Positions 29,387 to 38,462 of a stretch of 64,000 nucleotides of DNA are shown here, piece after piece. Under the pieces are notes generated by a model that saw only the letters and a program-made list of their open reading frames with translations, was not told where the DNA came from and ran no database searches. The position numbers and the translations under genes are program-made. The stretch comes from Fibrobacteria bacterium (GTDB lineage Bacteria > Fibrobacterota > Fibrobacteria > UBA11236): contig JAYTSD010000008.1 in the NCBI GenBank assembly GCA_043745805.1, positions 224,001 through 288,000 of the forward strand, given 5' to 3'. Within the stretch, counting starts at the first letter, position 1. Each line of letters begins with the position of its first letter.

Positions 29387-30433
29387 TTACATTGAACGTT
29401 CAATCATCAAGCGACAAAGTCTTTGTAACTGATAAGTAGAGGAAGAGGCCGGAAGCTTTTGTAATACTGGCAAGCAAGCTTCGATTTTTTCTAAAGCCAT
29501 GTCTTTAGCTTTTTGAAAAGCGCCTTGAGTTTCCAAAAGGGTTTTGATTTTTTGTTGATTATGCGTCGCCTTTGCATCGGCTAGTAGCACCAGCATAGTT
29601 TCTTTTTCCAAAGCATTTGCATGATTGAAAAAAAGAATTAAGGGCAAAGTGAAAAATCCATTTTGCAAATCGGAAAAAGTTTTTTTATCGAGATTTTTTG
29701 CCCCATAACCGAAGTCCAATAAATCATCAATGATTTGAAAAGCTAAACCAAAATTTTTGCCGAGTTCGCCGCAAGCCTTGACCATGGCGACATCGTAGCC
29801 GGCAACCATAGCGCCGCATTCACCGCAAGCTTGTAATAGTGAAGCCGTTTTACCTTCAATTACTGTAAAATATTCTTCCAAGGTAAGCTGTGCGTTGCCT
29901 GCTTGCTGCACTTCCAAAGCTTCCGCCGTAATTAAACGGCAAGAGGCTTGCGATAAGCTAAGAGGAATACGTGTATCGCTATCGCTCCAAATCATTTCCA
30001 TGGATTTTGCCAAGGCATAATCGCCTAATAAAACCGCCGCGCGATTACCCCATTGCTTATGCGCGCTGGCTTCATTGCGACGCATATCGCTTCCATCAAT
30101 AATATCATCATGAACTAAGGAGGCTAAGTGAATCAATTCTACTGCGGCGCAAATTTTAGCGGCGCGCGATTGCTGATCTTTATTTTCAATACCAGCCAAC
30201 AACAATAAAAAGGTAGAACGTATACGCTTACCTTGGCGACTCAATAAATGCTGTAATTGTTCGGCGATTTGACCTGGAGCCAAGTCTGCCACATTGAGCA
30301 TCTCTTGTTCCACTTCCTCTAACCCAGTCATTACATTGGCACGAGCTTCCTGTAAAACTTGAGCGTAATTTACGGTTTCCAACTCTTCAGCCCCATTCAT
30401 GAGTTTGGTCGAAACCTCATTCTCAATATGCAT
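29387..30433 (-). CDS. Polyprenyl diphosphate synthase (IspB/HepT-like)
   Basis: GKRIR, ELIHLASLVHDDIID..RR (FARM), GKTASL, FQIIDDLLD (SARM). Start uncertain (30433 or 30400). Confidence 0.92.
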   Translation of the reverse strand: MHIENEVSTKLMNGAEELETVNYAQVLQEARANVMTGLEEVEQEMLNVADLAPGQIAEQLQHLLSRQGKRIRSTFLLLLAGIENKDQQSRAAKICAAVELIHLASLVHDDIIDGSDMRRNEASAHKQWGNRAAVLLGDYALAKSMEMIWSDSDTRIPLSLSQASCRLITAEALEVQQAGNAQLTLEEYFTVIEGKTASLLQACGECGAMVAGYDVAMVKACGELGKNFGLAFQIIDDLLDFGYGAKNLDKKTFSDLQNGFFTLPLILFFNHANALEKETMLVLLADAKATHNQQKIKTLLETQGAFQKAKDMALEKIEACLPVLQKLPASSSTYQLQRLCRLMIERSM

Positions 30434-30611
30434 TCGTAATTCCCAACAAAGTAACCTGCAAATATAATTAACCTCTCGGCATTGCATGGAAAAAAGCCAG
30501 TGAGAATGAGTTTGTTGCGTTCTTTTTTATGAAAGGACATTTATAACTTCTCACTTTTGCAATAAAAGCACCCCTTCTCTCACTAAGATTCCTTCTATAT
30601 TTAAACGGTTT

Positions 30612-31496
30612 ATGACAAAAACTGATAAACATTTTTTTTGGTGGATTTCTTTTCCCACCAATACAGCCCTAGCCGAGCTTGAATCCAGTCAATTATTTGA
30701 TTTGGGAGCTGCGGGAACCGAAGAACAAAATACTTTTCCGGAAATTGTAAATCCGGTGGGCGATATGCTCCTTAAAGCCTGCTTTATGGATAAAGATAGT
30801 TTTGAGGCCGCAAAAGTTTTTTTTCAAGAACGCGAAGGCTTGGCCTTTGGTGAAGAAGAACAGGAAGATTGGGATCAAAGCTGGCGCTTACAACAGAAGC
30901 CCTTGGCAGTGACCGATCATCTCACCGTAATGCCGCCTTGGCTTGATGCCGAGCCTCATGGCGTGACTTTAAAACTTGAGGCTAAAATGGCTTTTGGCAC
31001 GGGTTCGCATGAAACCACTAGGCTTTGCGCGCTTATGCTGGAGGAATTGGATTGCAAGGATAAAACCGTTTTGGATATTGGCACCGGCACCGGCATACTG
31101 GCTTTGTATGCGGCCTTTTTAGGCGCCAAACAAACTATCGCCCATGATATTGATCCCGTGACCGGTCCTTGCTTACGCGAAAATTTTGAATTGAATATTC
31201 CTCCTCAAGGTCATGAAGTCATTTTTTTTGTGGGTGGACTCGAAGCTCTTAAAGAAAGTTTTCGCTTTGATATTATTCTTTGCAATATGATTCGCACCGA
31301 ACTTTGGCCTTTTCGCGAGGAACTTTTTGCGCAATTAAAACCTAGTGGCTTGGTAATTGTGTCCGGTCAATTGCATCAAGATCGCGAACATTTTGTGGAA
31401 TTACAAAAAACTATTCCTTTTCATTTTGTGCAAGAGAAATCATTGAATGAATGGTGGGGATTTGTAGGCCAATTAAATTCGGATATAAAAGCTTAA
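30612..31496 (+). CDS. prmA: Ribosomal protein L11 methyltransferase
   Basis: EDWDQSW, PPW, MAFGTGSHETT, LDIGTGTGILA, IVSG. Confidence 0.9.
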   Translation: MTKTDKHFFWWISFPTNTALAELESSQLFDLGAAGTEEQNTFPEIVNPVGDMLLKACFMDKDSFEAAKVFFQEREGLAFGEEEQEDWDQSWRLQQKPLAVTDHLTVMPPWLDAEPHGVTLKLEAKMAFGTGSHETTRLCALMLEELDCKDKTVLDIGTGTGILALYAAFLGAKQTIAHDIDPVTGPCLRENFELNIPPQGHEVIFFVGGLEALKESFRFDIILCNMIRTELWPFREELFAQLKPSGLVIVSGQLHQDREHFVELQKTIPFHFVQEKSLNEWWGFVGQLNSDIKA

Positions 31497-31505
31497 AGGA
31501 AATTT

Positions 31506-32540
31506 ATGAGCACCATTTTAAATACCACCATGCTCGATGTTTTTGCAGGTAACACTCCCGCCCATTCTCCCGTATGGATTATGCGTCAAGCAGGGCGCTA
31601 CTTAGCGGATTATCGTAAGGTACGTAGTCAATTCAAATCCTTTATGGAATTTTGTCGTACGCCGGATAAAGTTATGGAAGTAACCATTCAACCTGTGGAT
31701 CAAGTGGGTGTGGATGCGGCGATACTTTTTTCCGATATTTTAGTGCTTCTGCCACCTTTAGGCTTGGAATTGGATTTCTTAGAAAAAAAAGGGCCAGTGA
31801 TTGCGAATCCTATTGAAGATGCCGCACGGATAAAAGCGTTACCTGATTTCGATATTCATACGGAATTAAAATATGTTTTCGAAGGCATTAAGCTCACCAA
31901 ACAAGCTTTGCAAAATCGTGTGCCTCTTATTGGCTTTGCGGGCGGTCCTTTTACAGTGGCGTCGTATATGGTCGAAGGAGGCTCGTCAAAAGAGTTGGCT
32001 AAACTTAAAGCCTTGATGTATTCAGATCCGCTAGCTTTTACTTCATTACTCGATAAAATTGCAAAAATTACCGCCGCGTATTTATCCGCGCAAGTGGAAG
32101 CCGGTGCCGATATTATTACGATTATGGATTCTTGGGCAGGCTATTTAAGTCCAGAGGATTATCGCCAATATGTATTTCTGCATACGCAATTTGTAATTGC
32201 CACTTTACGCCGTAAATATCCACAATTACCGATTGTGCACTACGCCAATGGAGCCTCCACCCTATTGCCGCATTTTGTGGAATTAGGTGCAAGTGCAATT
32301 GGATTAGATTGGCGTATTGATTTAGAGTCAACTTTAAAAAAATATCCTCAGCAAATATTCCAGGGGAATTTGGATCCTTGCTTCTTATTTTCGGAGTCAC
32401 AAAAAATTGCGGCTAAGGTTGGCGAAATAAAAAAAATCGTGGGTCATAGACCGCATGTCTTTAATTTGGGTCATGGCATTTTACCGAATACGCCCGTAGA
32501 CCATGCGCGCGCTTTTGTGGATGCGGTGCATGCTCCTTAA
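31506..32540 (+). CDS. hemE: Uroporphyrinogen decarboxylase
   Basis: PVWIMRQAGRYL, DAAILFSDIL, LIGFAGGPFTVASY, QGNLDP, FNLGHGI. Confidence 0.97.
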   Translation: MSTILNTTMLDVFAGNTPAHSPVWIMRQAGRYLADYRKVRSQFKSFMEFCRTPDKVMEVTIQPVDQVGVDAAILFSDILVLLPPLGLELDFLEKKGPVIANPIEDAARIKALPDFDIHTELKYVFEGIKLTKQALQNRVPLIGFAGGPFTVASYMVEGGSSKELAKLKALMYSDPLAFTSLLDKIAKITAAYLSAQVEAGADIITIMDSWAGYLSPEDYRQYVFLHTQFVIATLRRKYPQLPIVHYANGASTLLPHFVELGASAIGLDWRIDLESTLKKYPQQIFQGNLDPCFLFSESQKIAAKVGEIKKIVGHRPHVFNLGHGILPNTPVDHARAFVDAVHAP

Positions 32541-32587
32541 GGTTTAAAGCCTTAGGCGGTAATTAAGGCGCTTTTAAGTAAACTCCG

Positions 32588-32619
32588 GAGTTACGTTATT
32601 CAGTGTAACTCTTTTTTTT
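32588..32619 (+). terminator. Rho-independent terminator after hemE
   Basis: GAGTTACGTT-ATTC-AGTGTAACTC stem (7 Watson-Crick pairs plus G-U extension) followed by T8. Confidence 0.8.
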
Positions 32620-32746
32620 ATACCCTCTTTAATACCTCTCATTTTTCAACAATCGCTTTAAGTTTTACTATAAATTTATACCGAGTGATCCATTGAAAAT
32701 TTGGAAATAAAGTCGAAATGAGAAAACTGTGCTAAAATAAAGGTGC

Positions 32747-33769
32747 ATGCCAATTAAAGCTATTCATCCCGACTGGACAAAAGTCACCGAAGAGGAATTA
32801 TTACAATTTCGTATTCGAGATTTAGATGTAAAAATAATTGGCAGTCCCTTAGAAAAGCGCGTGGAACAGCTTTATACGGAATTGCAGGCAAAGGGTATTT
32901 ATTTTCAACCACCCTGTTACCTTTCCGATGAATGGCTTTGTCCCGATCAAGTGCCCATAATTGGCATTCCTTTTTATTTAACGCAACCACGTCTTATCGC
33001 TTTAGAAAAACATTTCATGCTCGAAGCAGAAGGCTCCACCGAAAATTGGTGTATGAAATTATTACGCCACGAATGCGGCCATGCTTTGAACTATGCCTAT
33101 CGCCTATTTGCGCGTAAAGACTGGCGCGACCTTTTTGGAGAATTTGAAACGCCTTACTTTAACGTGACGTATGAGGCCAAACCTTATTCAAAAAGATATG
33201 TTATTCATTTGGAAGACAATTATGCGCAAGCCCATCCCGATGAAGACTTTGCCGAAACTTTTGCGGTTTGGTTGAATCCTGAAAATGATTGGCGTGATCG
33301 TTATCGCGGTTGGCCGGCCTTAGAAAAATTGGAATATGTAGAAGCGCGTATAAAAGCTATCGCTACCAAGCCGCCCAAAATCAAAAAAGTGTCTACGCCT
33401 TGGGCCGCGCAAAAAATGTCCTCCACTTTGAAAAGTTTTTATGATCGTAAGCAAAAGTATTTGGGTACGGAATTTCCTGGTTTTTATGATCCAGGTTTAC
33501 GGCGTATTTTTTCCGAAGAATCACCGCCCGAAAAAGCCGCACAATTTTTACATCGCCATCAAAAAATTCTTTTGCAATCGGTATCGTTATTTGTGCCGCA
33601 AAGAAAATTTGATATTGATCAGCTTTTGGAAAAGCTCATTGCGCGTTGTAAACATTTGGATTTACGTTTGCGCAAGACCCCAGATGCGACATTGCTAGAA
33701 GTCGGCTCCTTTGTTACCGCTATACTTGCCTCCTTCCGCCGTTTTAATGGCGTGCATGAGGGAAAATAA
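32747..33769 (+). CDS. Putative zinc-binding metallopeptidase (zincin-like)
   Basis: LRHECGHALNYAY (HExxH) and YAQAHPDEDFAETFAVW. Confidence 0.8.
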   Translation: MPIKAIHPDWTKVTEEELLQFRIRDLDVKIIGSPLEKRVEQLYTELQAKGIYFQPPCYLSDEWLCPDQVPIIGIPFYLTQPRLIALEKHFMLEAEGSTENWCMKLLRHECGHALNYAYRLFARKDWRDLFGEFETPYFNVTYEAKPYSKRYVIHLEDNYAQAHPDEDFAETFAVWLNPENDWRDRYRGWPALEKLEYVEARIKAIATKPPKIKKVSTPWAAQKMSSTLKSFYDRKQKYLGTEFPGFYDPGLRRIFSEESPPEKAAQFLHRHQKILLQSVSLFVPQRKFDIDQLLEKLIARCKHLDLRLRKTPDATLLEVGSFVTAILASFRRFNGVHEGK

Positions 33770-34777
33770 ATGCTGAAAAAATTACGCATCACCGCCATTG
33801 TCGAAGAAGTAAATATTCCCAAACATGATCCATTTTTTGAAATCCGTCCCAGTGAACCTTGCATGGAATACGATGTATTACATGCCTTGCGACAACTAGG
33901 CCATGAAGTCACCGTACTCGGAGTGTATAATCAAATTGAACCCTTAGTAGAAGGCATTGAAAAAAATCCACCGGATTTAGTTTTTAATTTGGCTGAGCAA
34001 TTCGCCAATGATAGACGTCACGATAAAAACCTGGCTGGCCTCTTGGAAATGATGGAAATTCCCTTTACTGGCACAGGTTCGGGTGGATTAATGCTTTGCC
34101 GTGACAAGGCATTATGCAAACAATTATTAGCCACTTGGGATTTACATGTTCCAGGTTTTCGACTTTTCCCCTATGGTAAACCTATACGTTACCCCAAGCA
34201 TTTGCAGTTTCCGCTGGTGGTAAAACCCACTTATGGCGATGGATCCGAAGGTATTAGTAATGCTTCCTTGGTAAAAAATGAAGAGGAATTACTGGAGCGT
34301 GTTCATTTAATTCATGAACGCTTTAAGCAAGATGCCATTGCCGAAGAATATGTGGAAGGCCGGGAAATTTATGTAGGGATTATGGGTAATCGTCGCTTAA
34401 CGGTATTACCGCCTTATGAAATTCGTTTTGGTCATCAAGCCGATGAAGGACCTGTGCTAGCGACATACCGGGTAAAATGGAATAAACAATACCGTGATAA
34501 ATGGGATATTCAATTTGGTTTTGCCGATATTTCTGAAAAATTATGGCATAAAGTAACGGAAACCTGCCGCAAATGTTACCGTATTTTACAGTTGAATGAT
34601 TATGCGCGTATTGATTTACGTATCACACCCGATGAAAAAGTTTATATCATCGAAGCCAATCCTAATCCAGATATTACGCATAAAGAGGAAATGGCTGAAT
34701 CCGCACGCAAGGCAGGCCTACCTTATAAGCGTTTTATTCAACGCATATTAAATAATGCCTTAGCAAGGCAAGCTTAG
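33770..34777 (+). CDS. D-Ala-D-Ala ligase-like ATP-grasp protein
   Basis: VFNLAE, IPFTG, DKALCK, VVKP..GDGSEGI, EEYVEGRE, YARIDLR, IEANPNP; lacks the N-terminal GGxSxE of true Ddl. Confidence 0.85.
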   Translation: MLKKLRITAIVEEVNIPKHDPFFEIRPSEPCMEYDVLHALRQLGHEVTVLGVYNQIEPLVEGIEKNPPDLVFNLAEQFANDRRHDKNLAGLLEMMEIPFTGTGSGGLMLCRDKALCKQLLATWDLHVPGFRLFPYGKPIRYPKHLQFPLVVKPTYGDGSEGISNASLVKNEEELLERVHLIHERFKQDAIAEEYVEGREIYVGIMGNRRLTVLPPYEIRFGHQADEGPVLATYRVKWNKQYRDKWDIQFGFADISEKLWHKVTETCRKCYRILQLNDYARIDLRITPDEKVYIIEANPNPDITHKEEMAESARKAGLPYKRFIQRILNNALARQA

Positions 34778-34832
34778 GTTTTGTTTAATTTACATCGCGT
34801 TCATGCACAAACTATAAATACCTAATTAAATT

Positions 34833-35657
34833 CTAATCAAGGGTTTCTAATAACTCCGACTTATATTGCCAAGATTCATGATATATTCTCTCTTCAAAAT
34901 TTAATTCCGAACTTTTAACGGCAAAGAGACAATGTATCCAATTGGGGCTTTCCTGAACAAAATACGACTGGATTTTATTTAATATGATGGCTAGGCGAGT
35001 ACATATTTTTTGCAAAATATTTCTGTATAAAGGTTTTGTTAACCGCTTACTACAATGAATACAACTTTCGTCTTGAATATAGGTACCATATGGGTTACCT
35101 GCAAAATCCATCAAATGTTTGGAAACATCATTTGTACGATTTCTATTTTTACCGATGCATTCAGTTTCTTCCAAAATCAAGTCTGCGAATAGTTTTTTTA
35201 AGATGGCTTCATCAAAAACATTTACATGCCCCCAAGGGGGATTTTTGCATCCACAAGACAAACATGTCGTTCTGCCAAAACGTATATCTTGCTTATAAGG
35301 AACGCCTATAATAACTGCTTTTTTCGCAACACGTGAGATTTCAGTTACGGCATCTTTTAAAAGTGAGGTAGGAATATGTTCCAAAACTTCGGCGCAAAAA
35401 ACTAAATCAAAGGAATTATCTGGAAAGGGTAAGGAACAAACATTTCCATTAAGGCAAGTAATTCGGGGCTCGTTTAATTCGGGCATACTTAAGTCTAAAG
35501 CTGTAACTTCTTTAAAGTAATGGGTCAAAAGATTTGCAACATAACCGTCACGAGAACCAATATCCAATACGGAATTTCCGGGTCTTTTAATTAAATCCAA
35601 TAAACTTCTAATTCGATCTTGCTCAGATTTCGTATTTCTATAGGCTGTTAAATCCAT
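34833..35657 (-). CDS. Class I SAM-dependent methyltransferase with Cys pairs
   Basis: VLDIGSRDG, LPFPDNSFDLVFCAEVLEHI; CLSCGC and CIHC. Confidence 0.85.
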   Translation of the reverse strand: MDLTAYRNTKSEQDRIRSLLDLIKRPGNSVLDIGSRDGYVANLLTHYFKEVTALDLSMPELNEPRITCLNGNVCSLPFPDNSFDLVFCAEVLEHIPTSLLKDAVTEISRVAKKAVIIGVPYKQDIRFGRTTCLSCGCKNPPWGHVNVFDEAILKKLFADLILEETECIGKNRNRTNDVSKHLMDFAGNPYGTYIQDESCIHCSKRLTKPLYRNILQKICTRLAIILNKIQSYFVQESPNWIHCLFAVKSSELNFEERIYHESWQYKSELLETLD

Positions 35658-35824
35658 CGCTCTCCCTTAATGTGAAAATTATGGTTCGAAATAGGTTATT
35701 AGGCATTTTACTGCGAACTTTAGCGAGAATATAAATGAAGGCTTAGGGTGGCGATATGGGGTCTATACCCTATAGGTTTTAATTTTTATTTGATTTAATT
35801 CCTCATTAGAATCGAGAGCGTGAC

Positions 35825-36793
35825 ATGGAAACAAAAAATTTCTTGACCATAAATGTAGAGTGCTGGTTTCATGCAGAAGGTTTCAAGACGAAGATTTCAC
35901 CCTCCGAGTGGCATTTGCAAACCACTTTGATCGTTGAAAATGTACAGCAATTAATTGCCTTGCTGAAAAAGCATAATGTGAGTGCAACCTTTTTTATCCT
36001 CGGATGGGTGGTAGATAATTATCCGGAAATTGTGGCTCTTATAGACAGCTCGGGCCATGAATTAGCTACTTACGGATATTATCCACAATCTTTGCGCGAA
36101 ATGACCCCTAGTGCTTTTGAAGAAGATTTAGCGAAAACACTGAATGCCTTTGCCAAATATTCCAATCAAAGAATTTCTGGCCATCGGGCCTATCAATTCA
36201 GTATCACGAAAGATACCCTGTGGGCTTTAGAAATTCTAGCCAAATATGGTATTACCTATGATGCCAGTATTTTCCCTGGGCCTCGGCAAAAACATGGTAT
36301 TTCCCATTATCCGAATCTTTTACCGCATGAAGTTTTATTGCCCCAAGGACTTACTATCACAGAAATCCCCTTTTCAAAATGGAAAATGGGAAAAGCAAAT
36401 GCTCCGCTTGTACAAGCAGGGAATCTCCAATGTTACTCTTTAGCATTAACGGAAAAATTTATTTCTCAGCAAAGCCAGTTGGATTTACCTGGGCAAATAT
36501 ATTTGTCAACTTGGGAAAGAAAAAATTCTCAAACCTTATTTTCCAAACTATTTAATAAAATCGTAATGCCGCCACAACGTCAAAGTACTCTCAGTAAATT
36601 GGAATACTTATTGACCCACTTTTCATTTGCAGGTGTGAAAGAAAATTTATCTTCAGATTTTATACAAAGTTTGCTACGTCGTAATCCAGTGACGCTTTTA
36701 TCGAATGCGATAGCAGACCCCATCTCTGAAAAACAAGATTTTCCCATATCGAATAAAGCATTTTCACGACTACCTTACCTTCAAAACGTATGA
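35825..36793 (+). CDS. XrtA/PEP-CTERM-type polysaccharide deacetylase homologue, catalytic residues degenerate
   Basis: ATFFILGWV...YPEIV..I...GHELA, GHRAYQFSI, WALEIL, YDASIFP give the CE4/DUF3473 scaffold; expected Asp/His ligands are substituted. Confidence 0.75.
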   Translation: METKNFLTINVECWFHAEGFKTKISPSEWHLQTTLIVENVQQLIALLKKHNVSATFFILGWVVDNYPEIVALIDSSGHELATYGYYPQSLREMTPSAFEEDLAKTLNAFAKYSNQRISGHRAYQFSITKDTLWALEILAKYGITYDASIFPGPRQKHGISHYPNLLPHEVLLPQGLTITEIPFSKWKMGKANAPLVQAGNLQCYSLALTEKFISQQSQLDLPGQIYLSTWERKNSQTLFSKLFNKIVMPPQRQSTLSKLEYLLTHFSFAGVKENLSSDFIQSLLRRNPVTLLSNAIADPISEKQDFPISNKAFSRLPYLQNV

Positions 36794-36932
36794 AATATGA
36801 AACTGGAAAAACGAAAAAAAATATACGTAATAATGCAATCGCTTTTTTAACGGTATCCGTTCTTTTAGGGTTATGTCTCATAATTAGTTTAACTGTTATT
36901 CACCAAAACTAATCTCTATCGAAAGACAAAAT

Positions 36933-37577
36933 ATGAAAACCTATCCCCTCCTTTCCATTGTCTTAGCGGCCATTGGCTGTTCTGCTTCTACATTTGCGAT
37001 TCCCGTGTTCTATAATTTAAATTTTCATGTTACCTCTACAAAAACAGGAATAAACGATAAGGGCTGGATCTATTCCACTTCTTCTAAAGATGAATTTTTT
37101 GATTGTCGTCCCTTAAACGATCAGGTCTATAAAGGAAAAATGAGTGTTGACGATACCTTACTTAAACTGGATGGACTGAATCGTTTGGGAGAATTAAATT
37201 TTTTAGAAATTGAACTCGCGGGTATACAATGGAACTATAACTCTCTTACCGGTAACGGAGGGTCTTTAGTCGGATTTCGTTCTTCCGAAGGTTTTGCCAG
37301 TTCACCCGATTTTAATGTTCAAAATGGTCACATCATAGGCTGGGGAGGCGGAGTATATGGAAGCAGCGATGTCCCCTTTGTCGATTTCTTCAACAAAGAA
37401 TTTAGTGCAGTAGATCACGCCTCTAATGGCATATTCGGATATACTGATTTTATTCCCTTGGATAACCCTCCAATGGTTCCAGAACCCTCTACGTTTTGTT
37501 TACTTTTCCTAGGATTAATCGGTTTCATCGCCATTAAAGGAAAAAGAAATAGCATATCTCAATTTAAGGTTTTGTGA
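36933..37577 (+). CDS. PEP-CTERM sorting domain protein
   Basis: Signal peptide; C-terminal VPEPSTFCLLFLGLIGFIAIKGKR (PEP, TM helix, basic residues). Confidence 0.9.
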   Translation: MKTYPLLSIVLAAIGCSASTFAIPVFYNLNFHVTSTKTGINDKGWIYSTSSKDEFFDCRPLNDQVYKGKMSVDDTLLKLDGLNRLGELNFLEIELAGIQWNYNSLTGNGGSLVGFRSSEGFASSPDFNVQNGHIIGWGGGVYGSSDVPFVDFFNKEFSAVDHASNGIFGYTDFIPLDNPPMVPEPSTFCLLFLGLIGFIAIKGKRNSISQFKVL

Positions 37578-37583
37578 AATTAT

Positions 37584-38189
37584 TCATTGGGATTTTAAAA
37601 GATGTTTTCTAACTATACCTTTACGTGTTACGTTTAACCAGGTTCCTCCAACTAAAGAATGTTGCTCACAATTTTTATCGTTACATTTTAGTCTGCATTT
37701 TACACAAACTTTACCGGAGCCATTTTCAAAAGGTAGCGCGCCATCATAAATGGGAGCAACTATGATTTTACCAGCACTATCCGCAAAGCCCCATTTCTTT
37801 TTGCGTTGAATACGCACTAAACCGTCTGCAAAATAATCGGGACCATTATCCATGGTGGCAACACCCCAAATGATAATTCCTTTATTTTTGTGAATTAAAA
37901 ACCAACCGAAATCCTTTGTTGCCATCCAACCTAAACTGTCTTTTTCGGCTTGTAAATTCCAAATATGGTTTTGTTTTATTTTAGGCACACTATCACTTGG
38001 ACAAACGCAATCCGCATAATATTCCAATTCTTTCCCTCCCTCTGCAACATAACCACAAGGACCACAGGCTTGTGAATAAACTAAAGTTGATCCCCACAAA
38101 AACATAAAGCTTATCATCAGAAATTTTAAATTTTTGCATGACAAACTTGATTTAAATTCCGTTCTTTCCTTGCTCTCAATTCTATACAT
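37584..38189 (-). CDS. WG-repeat-containing exported protein, Cys-rich
   Basis: DNGPDYFADGLVRI...KWGFADSAGKIIVAPIYDGALPFENG; hydrophobic signal-like segment. Confidence 0.75.
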   Translation of the reverse strand: MYRIESKERTEFKSSLSCKNLKFLMISFMFLWGSTLVYSQACGPCGYVAEGGKELEYYADCVCPSDSVPKIKQNHIWNLQAEKDSLGWMATKDFGWFLIHKNKGIIIWGVATMDNGPDYFADGLVRIQRKKKWGFADSAGKIIVAPIYDGALPFENGSGKVCVKCRLKCNDKNCEQHSLVGGTWLNVTRKGIVRKHLLKSQ

Positions 38190-38462
38190 ACTTTTCCGCC
38201 CTTAATCTCATGCAAAGTCCATTGTTACTATGGCAAGGAATAGTAAAAAAATCCTCGACATATTATAAATCCCAGTATTTGTTGATTATTTATGCCAAAT
38301 TCTTTATACAAAATTTGTGTGGTGGAATTTAGCATAGAGGATAACATAATCGTGAAGCATAAATCAGGAAATCGACTATTATACAAATACATCAAGAGAG
38401 ATGGCTCCATCAAAAAAGGAGTATTCAGGCAAGGAACGTCACTTGGAAAGGTAAGAGTTTAA

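Noticed and set aside
33770-34777. Calling this gene ddl or a van-type ligase
   Set aside because: It lacks the N-terminal D-Ala-binding motif and has no dcw or van context.
35747-35776. TAGGGT...ACCCTA inverted repeat upstream of the deacetylase homologue
   Set aside because: Short, single and imperfect; it does not match the TATACC-N6-GGTATA motif.
38228-38413. 61-aa intergenic ORF
   Set aside because: No motif; it lies in the divergent promoter region and is probably chance.
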